NCBI GenBank assembly: GCA_963668625.2 | Contig: CAXXKA010000006.1 | Location: forward strand, 640,001-704,000 | Direction: 5' to 3' | DNA length: 64,000 nucleotides | Origin: an uncultured candidate division Zixibacteria bacterium | Lineage (GTDB): Bacteria; Zixibacteria; MSB-5A5; UBA10806; 4484-95 | Part shown: positions 56,280 to 64,000 of the stretch, one piece after another | How positions within the stretch are numbered: the first letter of the stretch is position 1 | Layout: each line of letters opens with the position of its first letter | Notes under the pieces: generated by a model | Told to the model about the DNA's origin: nothing | The model's database searches: none | Seen by the model: only the letters and a program-made list of their open reading frames with translations | Translations under genes and position numbers: made by a program

Positions 56280-56353
56280 GTCCCCATCGTCTAGCCCGGT
56301 TAGGACACTGCCCTTTCACGGCGGCAACAGGGGTTCGAATCCCCTTGGGGACG
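56280..56353 (+). tRNA. tRNA-Glu(TTC), CCA not encoded
   Basis: GTCCCCA/TGGGGAC acceptor, anticodon arm CTGCC-CTTTCAC-GGCGG, GGTTCGAATCC. Upstream TTGACA-N16-TATATT. Confidence 0.95.
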
Positions 56354-56361
56354 TAATCTTG

Positions 56362-56391
56362 AACCGTAGGTCAACGACTTACGGTTTTTTT
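56362..56391 (+). terminator. intrinsic terminator after tRNA-Glu
   Basis: AACCGTAGGTC-aac-GACTTACGGTT-TTTTT. Confidence 0.8.
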
Positions 56392-56516
56392 ATTGATATT
56401 GAAAAACACCGGGTAGCGAACCGCGTTTCGCAACGAGAAGGAGAGACCGGACATTAGTGATAATGCATGGATACCAGAAAAAATTGAATTTGCTTTATGG
56501 ATTTAGTTTTAAAAAG

Positions 56517-58961
56517 TTATAGATAGAACACATAAACGAATGTCACCAAAATCACGATGTATAACAGGCTCAGGCCACTGCCGATTTTAACATAGTCTTT
56601 CGATCGATATTCTCCTGGCCCCATATAAAGCGCGTTCACTTGATGGGTAGGCAAAATAAATGAATTAGATACGCCTATGCCAACGGTAATCGCCGCTACT
56701 CTCGGATCGATCCCGATCTGCGTTGCCATCGAAATACCCAGCGGGACAAGTAAGGCACAGGCTCCCACATTCGAGACTACCATAGTGAAAGCACAGCTCA
56801 GCAATGCTAATACGATTAACAGCAGTAACGGTGACATCAAGCTGCCCAGCCCGTGGATAATACCGCTTGCCAACCATTGAGCGGTTCCGGTGTGATCGAC
56901 TGCTATTCCGAGAGGGATGAGACCGCCGAGCAGGAACACCGTCCGCCAGTCTATGGCCCGATATGCCTCGGATATACTGATTACTCCGGTTAATATCATC
57001 CCAACCGCTCCAGCCATCAAGCATAGCGAAAGCGGGATTGGATTATAAGCCATTTTCTGAAAATAAAAGCTCGAAAGTATCATCAGGACCAAAGCAAGCG
57101 AGAAACTCGCGAGGGCAAATTTGGCTTTAGCCGGCTTATGTATTTCCATATCGGAGGGGGAGATGATTATGAAGTTTTGATGGCTTTCCTTTAATGCCTG
57201 AATCTGTTCCCAGGTACCGTGAATCAGGACGGCATCGCCGGAATTTAGCAAACGGTCTGCCAGCTCCCGATAGTATATTTTGCCTTCCTGGTGAAGAGCC
57301 AGCGCGTTGACATCGAAAGTTTCTCGAAAGCGTATATCTTTAATGCACTTGCCGATAAAACTGGATCTCGGCGAAATAATCATCTCGGCCAAACCGGAAT
57401 AGGAGGAATTAAACACGCTGTTATTGAAAATCAGGGGTTCATCATTCAGTATCAGGCCATATTTATCGATGAAATCCTCGACATGTTTTTCCTGGCCGTA
57501 AACACATAGCGCCATTCCCGGATGAATAGTAGTTATTGGATCGGGAGCAATAACCGGATCACCTGTTTGTTCGGATACGGCTACTACATTCACTAAAAAC
57601 TGACGGCGTATTTTCACAATCTCCTGGGGAAGGTCGCTGTATTTAAAACTGAAAGGCACTACTATTTCATAAGGACCGCTAATTTCGGGATAGTATGCCG
57701 CCATGCCGCGCTCGACCTTGCTGGAGCTGTCCTCTTTAATGACCTGGCTGGTGGATAATTCTCGAAGGTATCTCATGCCGAATGTCGATAAATATGCGAT
57801 TCCGCCGATTACCAGTCCCAAACCAATAGGGGTAAGTTCCATAAAGCCGAATTTCTCCATACCTTTCGGTAATATATCGTTGAGCAAAATCAATGGGCTG
57901 GTACCGATCATGGTTAAAGTGCCTCCGAGTATAGCGGCCATACCTATTGGCATAAGAACGCGGGATATATGGATTTTCAACTCCTGAGTTGCCACTAATC
58001 TGATTGCCGGTAAAAAAAGTACCGCCGCACCGGTGTTCTGCATCACGCTGGAAATGACAGCGATCATGGATGAAAATATTATTACCAGCTTCGATTCGCC
58101 TTTTCTGACTATTTTCAGAAGCGGCTGAATAACGCGATTAACCAAACCGGTCCTGTTCAGTCCATAGCTGATTATCATAACGCCGATAATTGCTATAACC
58201 GCATTACTGCTAAGACCCCTAAAAGCGTCGCCGGCGTTCAGAAGCCCCAGTTCAGGTAATAAAATCATCATAACTATTGCCACGACATCCACGCGTACCC
58301 ATTCGGCGATAAAGAGAGTGATGGCGACCCCGACTACCAGCAGCATCAATAATTTCGTGTGAAGCGGTGTATCTACGGAAAATTTAATACCTTCGATACC
58401 GGCATCCTGAAAGTTTTGGCCATTGTCGGTTACGAGCTCCGCCATAACATCAACGAGAAAAGTATAGCTTTTCGCCTGTACCTTCGAATCGACCGAGTAA
58501 TTGATATAAGTAGAAATAACCGTCGACTCACCCAGGTCCGGATTGTTGAATTTGATAAACAATTGATGTCCCGATTTGTGCGGTTCATCTTTGTTGATAA
58601 AAGTAATACCACTTGTTTTCGGAACGGATACCCAGATTATCGTTGGAATTTGGGCGGATTGATTCCAGTGAAACTTGCTTCCCTGAAAAGTTTTCGTTTT
58701 ATCCAGACGAATTTCCAGGCGAAGGCTATCGGATCTACCGGCTATGAGAATCGGCTTTTGAGGTTCAATCGATACTTTAATGTATGAGGGAACCTGATAA
58801 GTTTCATCCTCGATAATTTCGGTAGCGTTATAGTTAATCGGTCGACCGGGTTTTGTTGGCATTTTTGCGAACGTGTTTTGAAATGCAAACAGGGAGAGGA
58901 AGAGGATAACTATATGTATTGAATCGTATTTAGATGCTCTAAAAATCGTACTATTAATCAT
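56517..58961 (-). CDS. SLC13/DASS-type anion permease with TrkA-C domains and N-terminal extracytoplasmic extension
   Basis: RVDVVA, MQNTGAAVLFLP, LGGTLTMIGTSPLILL, central TrkA-C-like segments, IDWRTVFLLGGLIPLG, SNSFILPTHQVNAL.MGPG.Y. Confidence 0.92.
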   Translation of the reverse strand: MINSTIFRASKYDSIHIVILFLSLFAFQNTFAKMPTKPGRPINYNATEIIEDETYQVPSYIKVSIEPQKPILIAGRSDSLRLEIRLDKTKTFQGSKFHWNQSAQIPTIIWVSVPKTSGITFINKDEPHKSGHQLFIKFNNPDLGESTVISTYINYSVDSKVQAKSYTFLVDVMAELVTDNGQNFQDAGIEGIKFSVDTPLHTKLLMLLVVGVAITLFIAEWVRVDVVAIVMMILLPELGLLNAGDAFRGLSSNAVIAIIGVMIISYGLNRTGLVNRVIQPLLKIVRKGESKLVIIFSSMIAVISSVMQNTGAAVLFLPAIRLVATQELKIHISRVLMPIGMAAILGGTLTMIGTSPLILLNDILPKGMEKFGFMELTPIGLGLVIGGIAYLSTFGMRYLRELSTSQVIKEDSSSKVERGMAAYYPEISGPYEIVVPFSFKYSDLPQEIVKIRRQFLVNVVAVSEQTGDPVIAPDPITTIHPGMALCVYGQEKHVEDFIDKYGLILNDEPLIFNNSVFNSSYSGLAEMIISPRSSFIGKCIKDIRFRETFDVNALALHQEGKIYYRELADRLLNSGDAVLIHGTWEQIQALKESHQNFIIISPSDMEIHKPAKAKFALASFSLALVLMILSSFYFQKMAYNPIPLSLCLMAGAVGMILTGVISISEAYRAIDWRTVFLLGGLIPLGIAVDHTGTAQWLASGIIHGLGSLMSPLLLLIVLALLSCAFTMVVSNVGACALLVPLGISMATQIGIDPRVAAITVGIGVSNSFILPTHQVNALYMGPGEYRSKDYVKIGSGLSLLYIVILVTFVYVFYL

Positions 58962-59168
58962 CTGAATATTCTATGTTATGGAATTAGTCTTAACTAAAAC
59001 GGAAGATACTCATGGGTTCATGATAGAATGCCCCGTTAAGCACAGGATCGATATCAAAAAGTAAAAGATATATAAATTTAGCAATGTCTGATATCATATC
59101 AGCCAAATTCAATCCTCTTAAATTATTAATATTATATTCCAGAAAAAAGGTAATGTTCTGGAATATTC

Positions 59169-61313
59169 TTAATCGCTTATATCCACGACTTCCATCAACG
59201 GGCACTGCTTTTCATCCGAACCGCGATGAGTTTCTTTAATTATACTATCGATTGCCCGGGTGGCGTTGCGATAAATATGATCATCACCGATTTTCTCGTA
59301 CAGATGAGTTCGTTTCAGTACCTCCAGTACATGATCATTCAGGCCACTGAATGAAATATCCAATCCATTTTCGCGCACCCTCTCGACCAACAGGGAAACC
59401 ATGTCCTCACCGGAAGCGTCCATTTCGTTAATACCGTTACCGACAACTAATATATGTTTTAAATCCGGCATTTCATCGATAATTTTCAGGATTTTTTCTT
59501 CCAGGTAGTTGACATTAGTGAAGAAAATCGAGCCATGATATCTAACGACCGCTATATGTTTACAGCGAGAAAGCTTGTGTATTCGCGAGGCCCTGTAGGT
59601 GCCGTCGGGATGCATGGATAGCATGGCAATCTGCGGTTTCATTACCCTTAGTAAGTATAATAAAAGCGAAAGAGCAACGCCGATCATTATGCCTCGATCG
59701 AGATGGGGTGCGAATGCCAGAGTAAAAACGAAAGTTATAATGCCGATCAAGCCATCATACCACTGAGCTTTCCAGGCGTATATGAAGCCGCTGACATTCA
59801 CCAGGCCGATTACGGCCATCATGATAATAGCGGCCAGTACCGCTTGCGGGAGATGGTATAATAACGGGGTGAAAAACAGCAGCGTAATACCCACGACAAG
59901 ACTGCTGAATACATTTGACAAACCGGTCAAGGCGCCGGCTTGGATGTTGACAGCCGATCGGGAAAACGATCCTGATACGGCATAGCTCTGACCCGCCGAA
60001 CCGATAATATTAGCCAGCCCCTGTCCGATAAGTTCCTGGTTGGGATCGAGTCTTTGACCCGTTTTGGCCGCCATGGCCTTAGCGATTGATATCGCCTCCA
60101 TGAATCCGAGTAGTGAAATAATGATGGCCATCGGCAGTAATGAAAGAATATCGGCTAATTTTACCGAGGGTTCTTTGATTCCCGGCAAACCCTGAGGTAT
60201 GGTTCCGACGACATCGCCGCCTCCACGAAAAATAAGTTCTGTCTCTTTGAGGCAATTGTTACCTACAAGCAGCAACCAGGACTGTCCATTCTGTTCACCC
60301 TCAGCCTGAAATTCGCCTCTTTTATAAAAACTCATCCGCCCGTCGTCATCGGAAAATGCATTGAATTTTATATTGCGCAGATCGTGGCGGTATTTACAGA
60401 TATTTTCTTTCAATGATTCAATTTCAACATTGATAAGATCGACGTTATGTTTAAGCTTCAAAACCTCGATCGATTCGTGGCCGTATTTCTTCTCTGCTTC
60501 TTTGATCTGGGAATTGAATTGCACTCTCTGATCCACTAGATTATCGACTTGATTCAAACTCGAATTGAACACCTTAATTAAGCTCGCGGCATCCTCATGA
60601 CGTATTTGCGAAATATCGGCTTTCACGTTTTTTTCGAAACCGATAGCGTACGAAATGACAGTCGTGATTATCACCGCTATCAATACGCTGGGCAGACGTT
60701 TATTATACCACTTCACGAGTATCATTATTCCGAACGCGAGCAAGGCGATTGCCAGAGTCGGCCAATGGGTATGATACATAGCGGCTTTTATTACATTGAA
60801 AACCGTTTGGTAGTGATGTTCGGCTTTATCCACATGGACACCGAATATTTTCGATAGCTGCGATGTCGCTATGATTATTGCCGCAGCGTTGGTAAATCCG
60901 TTAACCACGGGATGCGACAGAAGGTTAACGACCAGCCCGAGCCGAAGAATCCCCAGGGTGAACTGGAATATACCGATGATCAGGGCCAGGATAATAGCAT
61001 AAGCAATAAAAGCCTCGCTACCGGCGGTGGCCATTGGGGCGAGAGCCGTCGAGGTCATAAGCGAGACTATGGCAACGGGCCCCGTAGCCAGTTGATAACT
61101 CGAGCCGAACAGCGCGGCGATCATCGGGGGCAAGAACGCGGCATAAAGTCCGTAATAAGCGGGCAAACCCGCCAGCTGAGCATACGCCATCGATTGCGGT
61201 ATCAATACCAGGGCGACTGTCAAGCCTGCGATGAAATCATGGCGCAGGTAAGTCGTATTGTATTTTTTGAACCATCCCAGGAATGGAAATATTCTTAATA
61301 ATATTGCCGGCAA
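59169..61313 (-). CDS. SulP/SLC26 inorganic anion transporter with STAS domain
   Basis: DFIAGLTVALVLIPQSMAYAQLAGLP..YGLY, TGPVAIVSL, NQELIGQGLAN, GSFSRSAVN, STAS (GSIFF.N, INEMDASG). Confidence 0.97.
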   Translation of the reverse strand: MPAILLRIFPFLGWFKKYNTTYLRHDFIAGLTVALVLIPQSMAYAQLAGLPAYYGLYAAFLPPMIAALFGSSYQLATGPVAIVSLMTSTALAPMATAGSEAFIAYAIILALIIGIFQFTLGILRLGLVVNLLSHPVVNGFTNAAAIIIATSQLSKIFGVHVDKAEHHYQTVFNVIKAAMYHTHWPTLAIALLAFGIMILVKWYNKRLPSVLIAVIITTVISYAIGFEKNVKADISQIRHEDAASLIKVFNSSLNQVDNLVDQRVQFNSQIKEAEKKYGHESIEVLKLKHNVDLINVEIESLKENICKYRHDLRNIKFNAFSDDDGRMSFYKRGEFQAEGEQNGQSWLLLVGNNCLKETELIFRGGGDVVGTIPQGLPGIKEPSVKLADILSLLPMAIIISLLGFMEAISIAKAMAAKTGQRLDPNQELIGQGLANIIGSAGQSYAVSGSFSRSAVNIQAGALTGLSNVFSSLVVGITLLFFTPLLYHLPQAVLAAIIMMAVIGLVNVSGFIYAWKAQWYDGLIGIITFVFTLAFAPHLDRGIMIGVALSLLLYLLRVMKPQIAMLSMHPDGTYRASRIHKLSRCKHIAVVRYHGSIFFTNVNYLEEKILKIIDEMPDLKHILVVGNGINEMDASGEDMVSLLVERVRENGLDISFSGLNDHVLEVLKRTHLYEKIGDDHIYRNATRAIDSIIKETHRGSDEKQCPLMEVVDISD

Positions 61314-61316
61314 AGT

Positions 61317-61748
61317 CTACCAGCCCCTCTCTCTGAGAATCTTAGTAATCTCATCCTCGATTTTATTTTCGACTAATAGCATTTTTTGATTTGATGCGAT
61401 TTTAATCTTCTCCATCAGCTTCTCCAGGTTAGCCGGCTTTTCCAGGAAATCCATAGCTCCCAGCTTAACCGCCTCGACACCTTTCTCGATAGTGGCATGG
61501 CCGGTAAGCAGTATTATTTGAAGATCCGGTTGCTTTTTCAACAAAGCTTTCATCGTTTCGATACCGTCCATACCGGGCATCGCCAAATCCAACACGATCG
61601 CGTCGTAAGAGACATCTTTGACTTTTTCTATAGCCGATTGACCGTCGTTGGCCATATCGACTTTAAGACCGCGAGTTCCCAGTCGCTCCGAGAGCACGTC
61701 GGTGAACTCGCTGTCATCATCGACTAATAAGACTTTTTCGCCTGCCAT
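61317..61748 (-). CDS. single-domain response regulator
   Basis: VLLVDDD, LDLAMPGMDG, LTGHAT...GVEA.KLGA.DFLEKP. Confidence 0.95.
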   Translation of the reverse strand: MAGEKVLLVDDDSEFTDVLSERLGTRGLKVDMANDGQSAIEKVKDVSYDAIVLDLAMPGMDGIETMKALLKKQPDLQIILLTGHATIEKGVEAVKLGAMDFLEKPANLEKLMEKIKIASNQKMLLVENKIEDEITKILRERGW

Positions 61749-61791
61749 ATTTATCTCCTTATTTTAAATCCAGTATTAATAAAGTCCCGGA

Positions 61792-62478
61792 TTACAATAT
61801 CGCCGTTTCCATTTCCGATAGGGAGATAGCGATAGTACATTCCGATTCGCTATCCGGTTTCAATTCGATATTACCGTCAATTTGCTTTAAAGTGGCTTTT
61901 AATAATTCGATCTTTTGGTTGCTGAATTCGTTCTGTATTATAGTTGCTCCTGAGATATTGATCACCAGGTCGTTATCTTTTTTATCGGTTTCGATCCGTA
62001 TATGCCTGTTGTTGTCGGGATCATCCATGAATATTTCGAAACAGGTGAAGACCGCAAGCTGAAGATAAAACGGATTCGTTCTGAAATTAATATTTTCCAA
62101 AGGGACTTCGAATTCCAGGTCCATACTCTTTAGGCCGGCGAGTCTTTGTGACAGGGAAACTATCAATTCCAGTAACTCCCCGATATTAACTTCAGTGTTA
62201 AAAGAATCCGAACTATGTGCGAACCTGTTTAGACGCTTTATCAAATCCTGGCTGCGCTCGATTTGCATACCTATTTTTTTCGTCGATCTATTCAATTTTT
62301 TATCATCCAGAGGAATACCCTGTTTGGCCGCTTCAACCATGTCGGCTAGAAGTCCGTTGTACTCGTTGATAATCGCTACCGCGTTATTCAATTCATGTGA
62401 TAAACTGGCCGTGATTTTACCATTGAAAGCCAGGCCATGTTCTCTTAAATACCTATCCGTTGAATCTTTTCCGTTCAA
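61792..62478 (-). CDS. HisKA protein with degenerate HATPase domain
   Basis: ASLSHELNNAVAIINE..GLL.D, IKRLNRFAHS.D. No N/G1/G2 boxes. Confidence 0.85.
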   Translation of the reverse strand: MNGKDSTDRYLREHGLAFNGKITASLSHELNNAVAIINEYNGLLADMVEAAKQGIPLDDKKLNRSTKKIGMQIERSQDLIKRLNRFAHSSDSFNTEVNIGELLELIVSLSQRLAGLKSMDLEFEVPLENINFRTNPFYLQLAVFTCFEIFMDDPDNNRHIRIETDKKDNDLVINISGATIIQNEFSNQKIELLKATLKQIDGNIELKPDSESECTIAISLSEMETAIL

Positions 62479-62849
62479 TTAGCGCCCGCCGCTTTTTGTA
62501 TCTTCTGTACCAAATCCTCGATTTGAACCGGCTTGATGAGATAGTCGAATGCCCCCTCACTCATCCCGGTTTCACCGTCTTTGCTCGATCCGTGTCCGGT
62601 GAAAAGTATAACCTCGGTATCAGGTTTCATTTGTTTTATTTTTTTCATCAGTTCTATGCCGCCGATACCCGGCATTTTAACATCAATGACGATAACATCG
62701 AACTCCTTGTTTTCTATTATCTCCAACGCCTGGTCCGAACTGGTTACGCCCTGCGCGTTATAGCCACGCATTTCTAGTCTTTCAGCCAACACGAGAGATA
62801 AATCCGCTTCGTCATCGACTAATAATACTTTTATCATACTCATCAGCAT
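62475..62849 (-). CDS. single-domain response regulator
   Basis: VLLVDDE, IDVKMPGIGG, FTGHGS, GAFDYLIKP. Confidence 0.95.
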   Translation of the reverse strand: MLMSMIKVLLVDDEADLSLVLAERLEMRGYNAQGVTSSDQALEIIENKEFDVIVIDVKMPGIGGIELMKKIKQMKPDTEVILFTGHGSSKDGETGMSEGAFDYLIKPVQIEDLVQKIQKAAGAN

Positions 62850-62859
62850 CCTCTGTAAT

Positions 62860-63999
62860 TTATTTGTATTTGACAGGCAGCGTTATCGTGAATGTAGTTT
62901 CTTTGCCCTCCACACTTTCAACGCTTATATCACCTCCGAGCTTTTTGATAATGCCATAAGTAATCGAAAGTCCGAGCCCGGTACCCTGTTCTTTTTTGGA
63001 GGTAAAGAACGGCTCGAAGACTTTTGGTAAATCCTCGGCCGAAATACCGGCACCGTTATCACAAATTTGAACTTGCACTTTATCGTGGTTGAACGCCTGA
63101 AAGCGGATCTCGACGTACCCGCCGTCACTTAGCGCCTCGAATGAGTTATTGATGATATTCAGGAATACCTGTTGAAGTTGCCCTTTATCGCTTTCGATAG
63201 TAGGCAGGTATTCGTCTATATTATAATTAATCCTTATGTTTCTGTGTCTTGCCTCGCTGCTTAAAAAACCGACCACCTCTTGAATGAGCACTTTCAAATC
63301 GATAGTTTCGATCTGGGTATCGATACGTTTCGCGAATCCAAGCAATCGATGAGTAATTCGACTACATCTCTCGACCGATTTGATGATAATCGCTATGTGC
63401 TTACTGAATTTCTCGTGCCGGGGGAATTTCTCTATGGTCTTTACTATATCGTTCAACAATCCGGCGTTTTCGTTAATAATAGCCAGAGGATTGTTTATCT
63501 CATGCGCTACACCTGCCGCCAGTCGGCCGATGGATGCCATTTTACTGGTGTATTCTACATTGTGAAGCGCCTGGGCATGCCGGCGATCAGCCTCGATAAT
63601 ATGTTTTACGAGATTGTTGGAACTCCATAGAATTACCAAGAAGATAAGTACTATACTGGCTATGAAAAACCAGAGAAGGTCGTTGCGCAGGGTGAACCAA
63701 TTTTGCATCTGCTCTTCGGTTTTGGTTATCTCCATCAAGATAAACGGGGAATTTTCAATGTAAGCATAACCGATAACGAGCAAGTTGTTGTTTCGATCGA
63801 GTTGCTCTATAACTTCCGTTTTGTCCGATGGCGGCGGGATATCCAGGCTTACTTCCTCGAAAGTTTTGCCGTAAAAACGCGAGTTCGTTTGCAGAACACC
63901 TTCCTTATTAATCAGGAAAGCATCACTCGACGGCCTTATACCGAGGGAAAGGACATATTCGTTCATCGCTTCCATATCCAGGGTGGCACGGAGCACGTA
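62860..63999 (-). CDS. membrane sensor histidine kinase (5' part outside window)
   Basis: End of a Cache-like domain, TM, GRLAAGVAHEINNPL, QQVFLNIINN, DNGAGI, FEPFFTSK, GTGLGL. Confidence 0.96.
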   Translation of the reverse strand, partial: YVLRATLDMEAMNEYVLSLGIRPSSDAFLINKEGVLQTNSRFYGKTFEEVSLDIPPPSDKTEVIEQLDRNNNLLVIGYAYIENSPFILMEITKTEEQMQNWFTLRNDLLWFFIASIVLIFLVILWSSNNLVKHIIEADRRHAQALHNVEYTSKMASIGRLAAGVAHEINNPLAIINENAGLLNDIVKTIEKFPRHEKFSKHIAIIIKSVERCSRITHRLLGFAKRIDTQIETIDLKVLIQEVVGFLSSEARHRNIRINYNIDEYLPTIESDKGQLQQVFLNIINNSFEALSDGGYVEIRFQAFNHDKVQVQICDNGAGISAEDLPKVFEPFFTSKKEQGTGLGLSITYGIIKKLGGDISVESVEGKETTFTITLPVKYK

Positions 64000-64000
64000 G

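Noticed and set aside
56266-56457. 63-aa plus-strand ORF
   Set aside because: Overlaps tRNA-Glu and its terminator.
58990-59205. 71-aa ORF between SulP and the SLC13 permease
   Set aside because: Overlaps the SulP 3' end, AT-rich, no recognisable features.
1-64000. CRISPR array, IS/transposase, integrase, prophage, rRNA
   Set aside because: No regularly spaced repeats or diagnostic motifs. Nearly all sequence is explained by flagellar, housekeeping or transport genes.

Overview
Bacterial chromosomal window with no CRISPR array, IS element, integrase or rRNA. It has three parts. (1) 1-38 kb is a + strand flagellar supercluster: flhG(part)-fliA, DUF2225, PilZ brake, an unusual signalling block (four stand-alone receivers, two GAF-HisKA proteins without a working ATPase domain, a 119-aa chemoreceptor-tip-like protein), fapA, flgFGAHIJNK, csrA, flgL, fliW, a TPR-glycosyltransferase/amino-sugar locus, a 750-aa flagellin, flaG, fliD, fliS, a tandem-motif flgM and an HDOD gene. 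Sigma54 and sigma28 promoters and CsrA-type sites are readable. (2) 38-56 kb is housekeeping: tRNA-Val, thrS-infC(ATA start)-rpmI-rplT-pheST-zapB-zapA-rny-ymdB-folD-xseA-merR-like, tRNA-Pro, a serpin lipoprotein, GT2, surE, a TPR protein and tRNA-Glu. (3) 56.5-64 kb is a - strand two-component/SulP/SLC13 anion-transport module. L/P-ring genes indicate a diderm; gene style suggests an FCB-related candidate lineage such as Zixibacteria (inference only). The best candidate for an undescribed system is the 1978-10730 kinase-less phosphorelay with a mini-MCP mimic, embedded between fliA and the rod genes. All calls come from motif reading by eye; no database searches were run.
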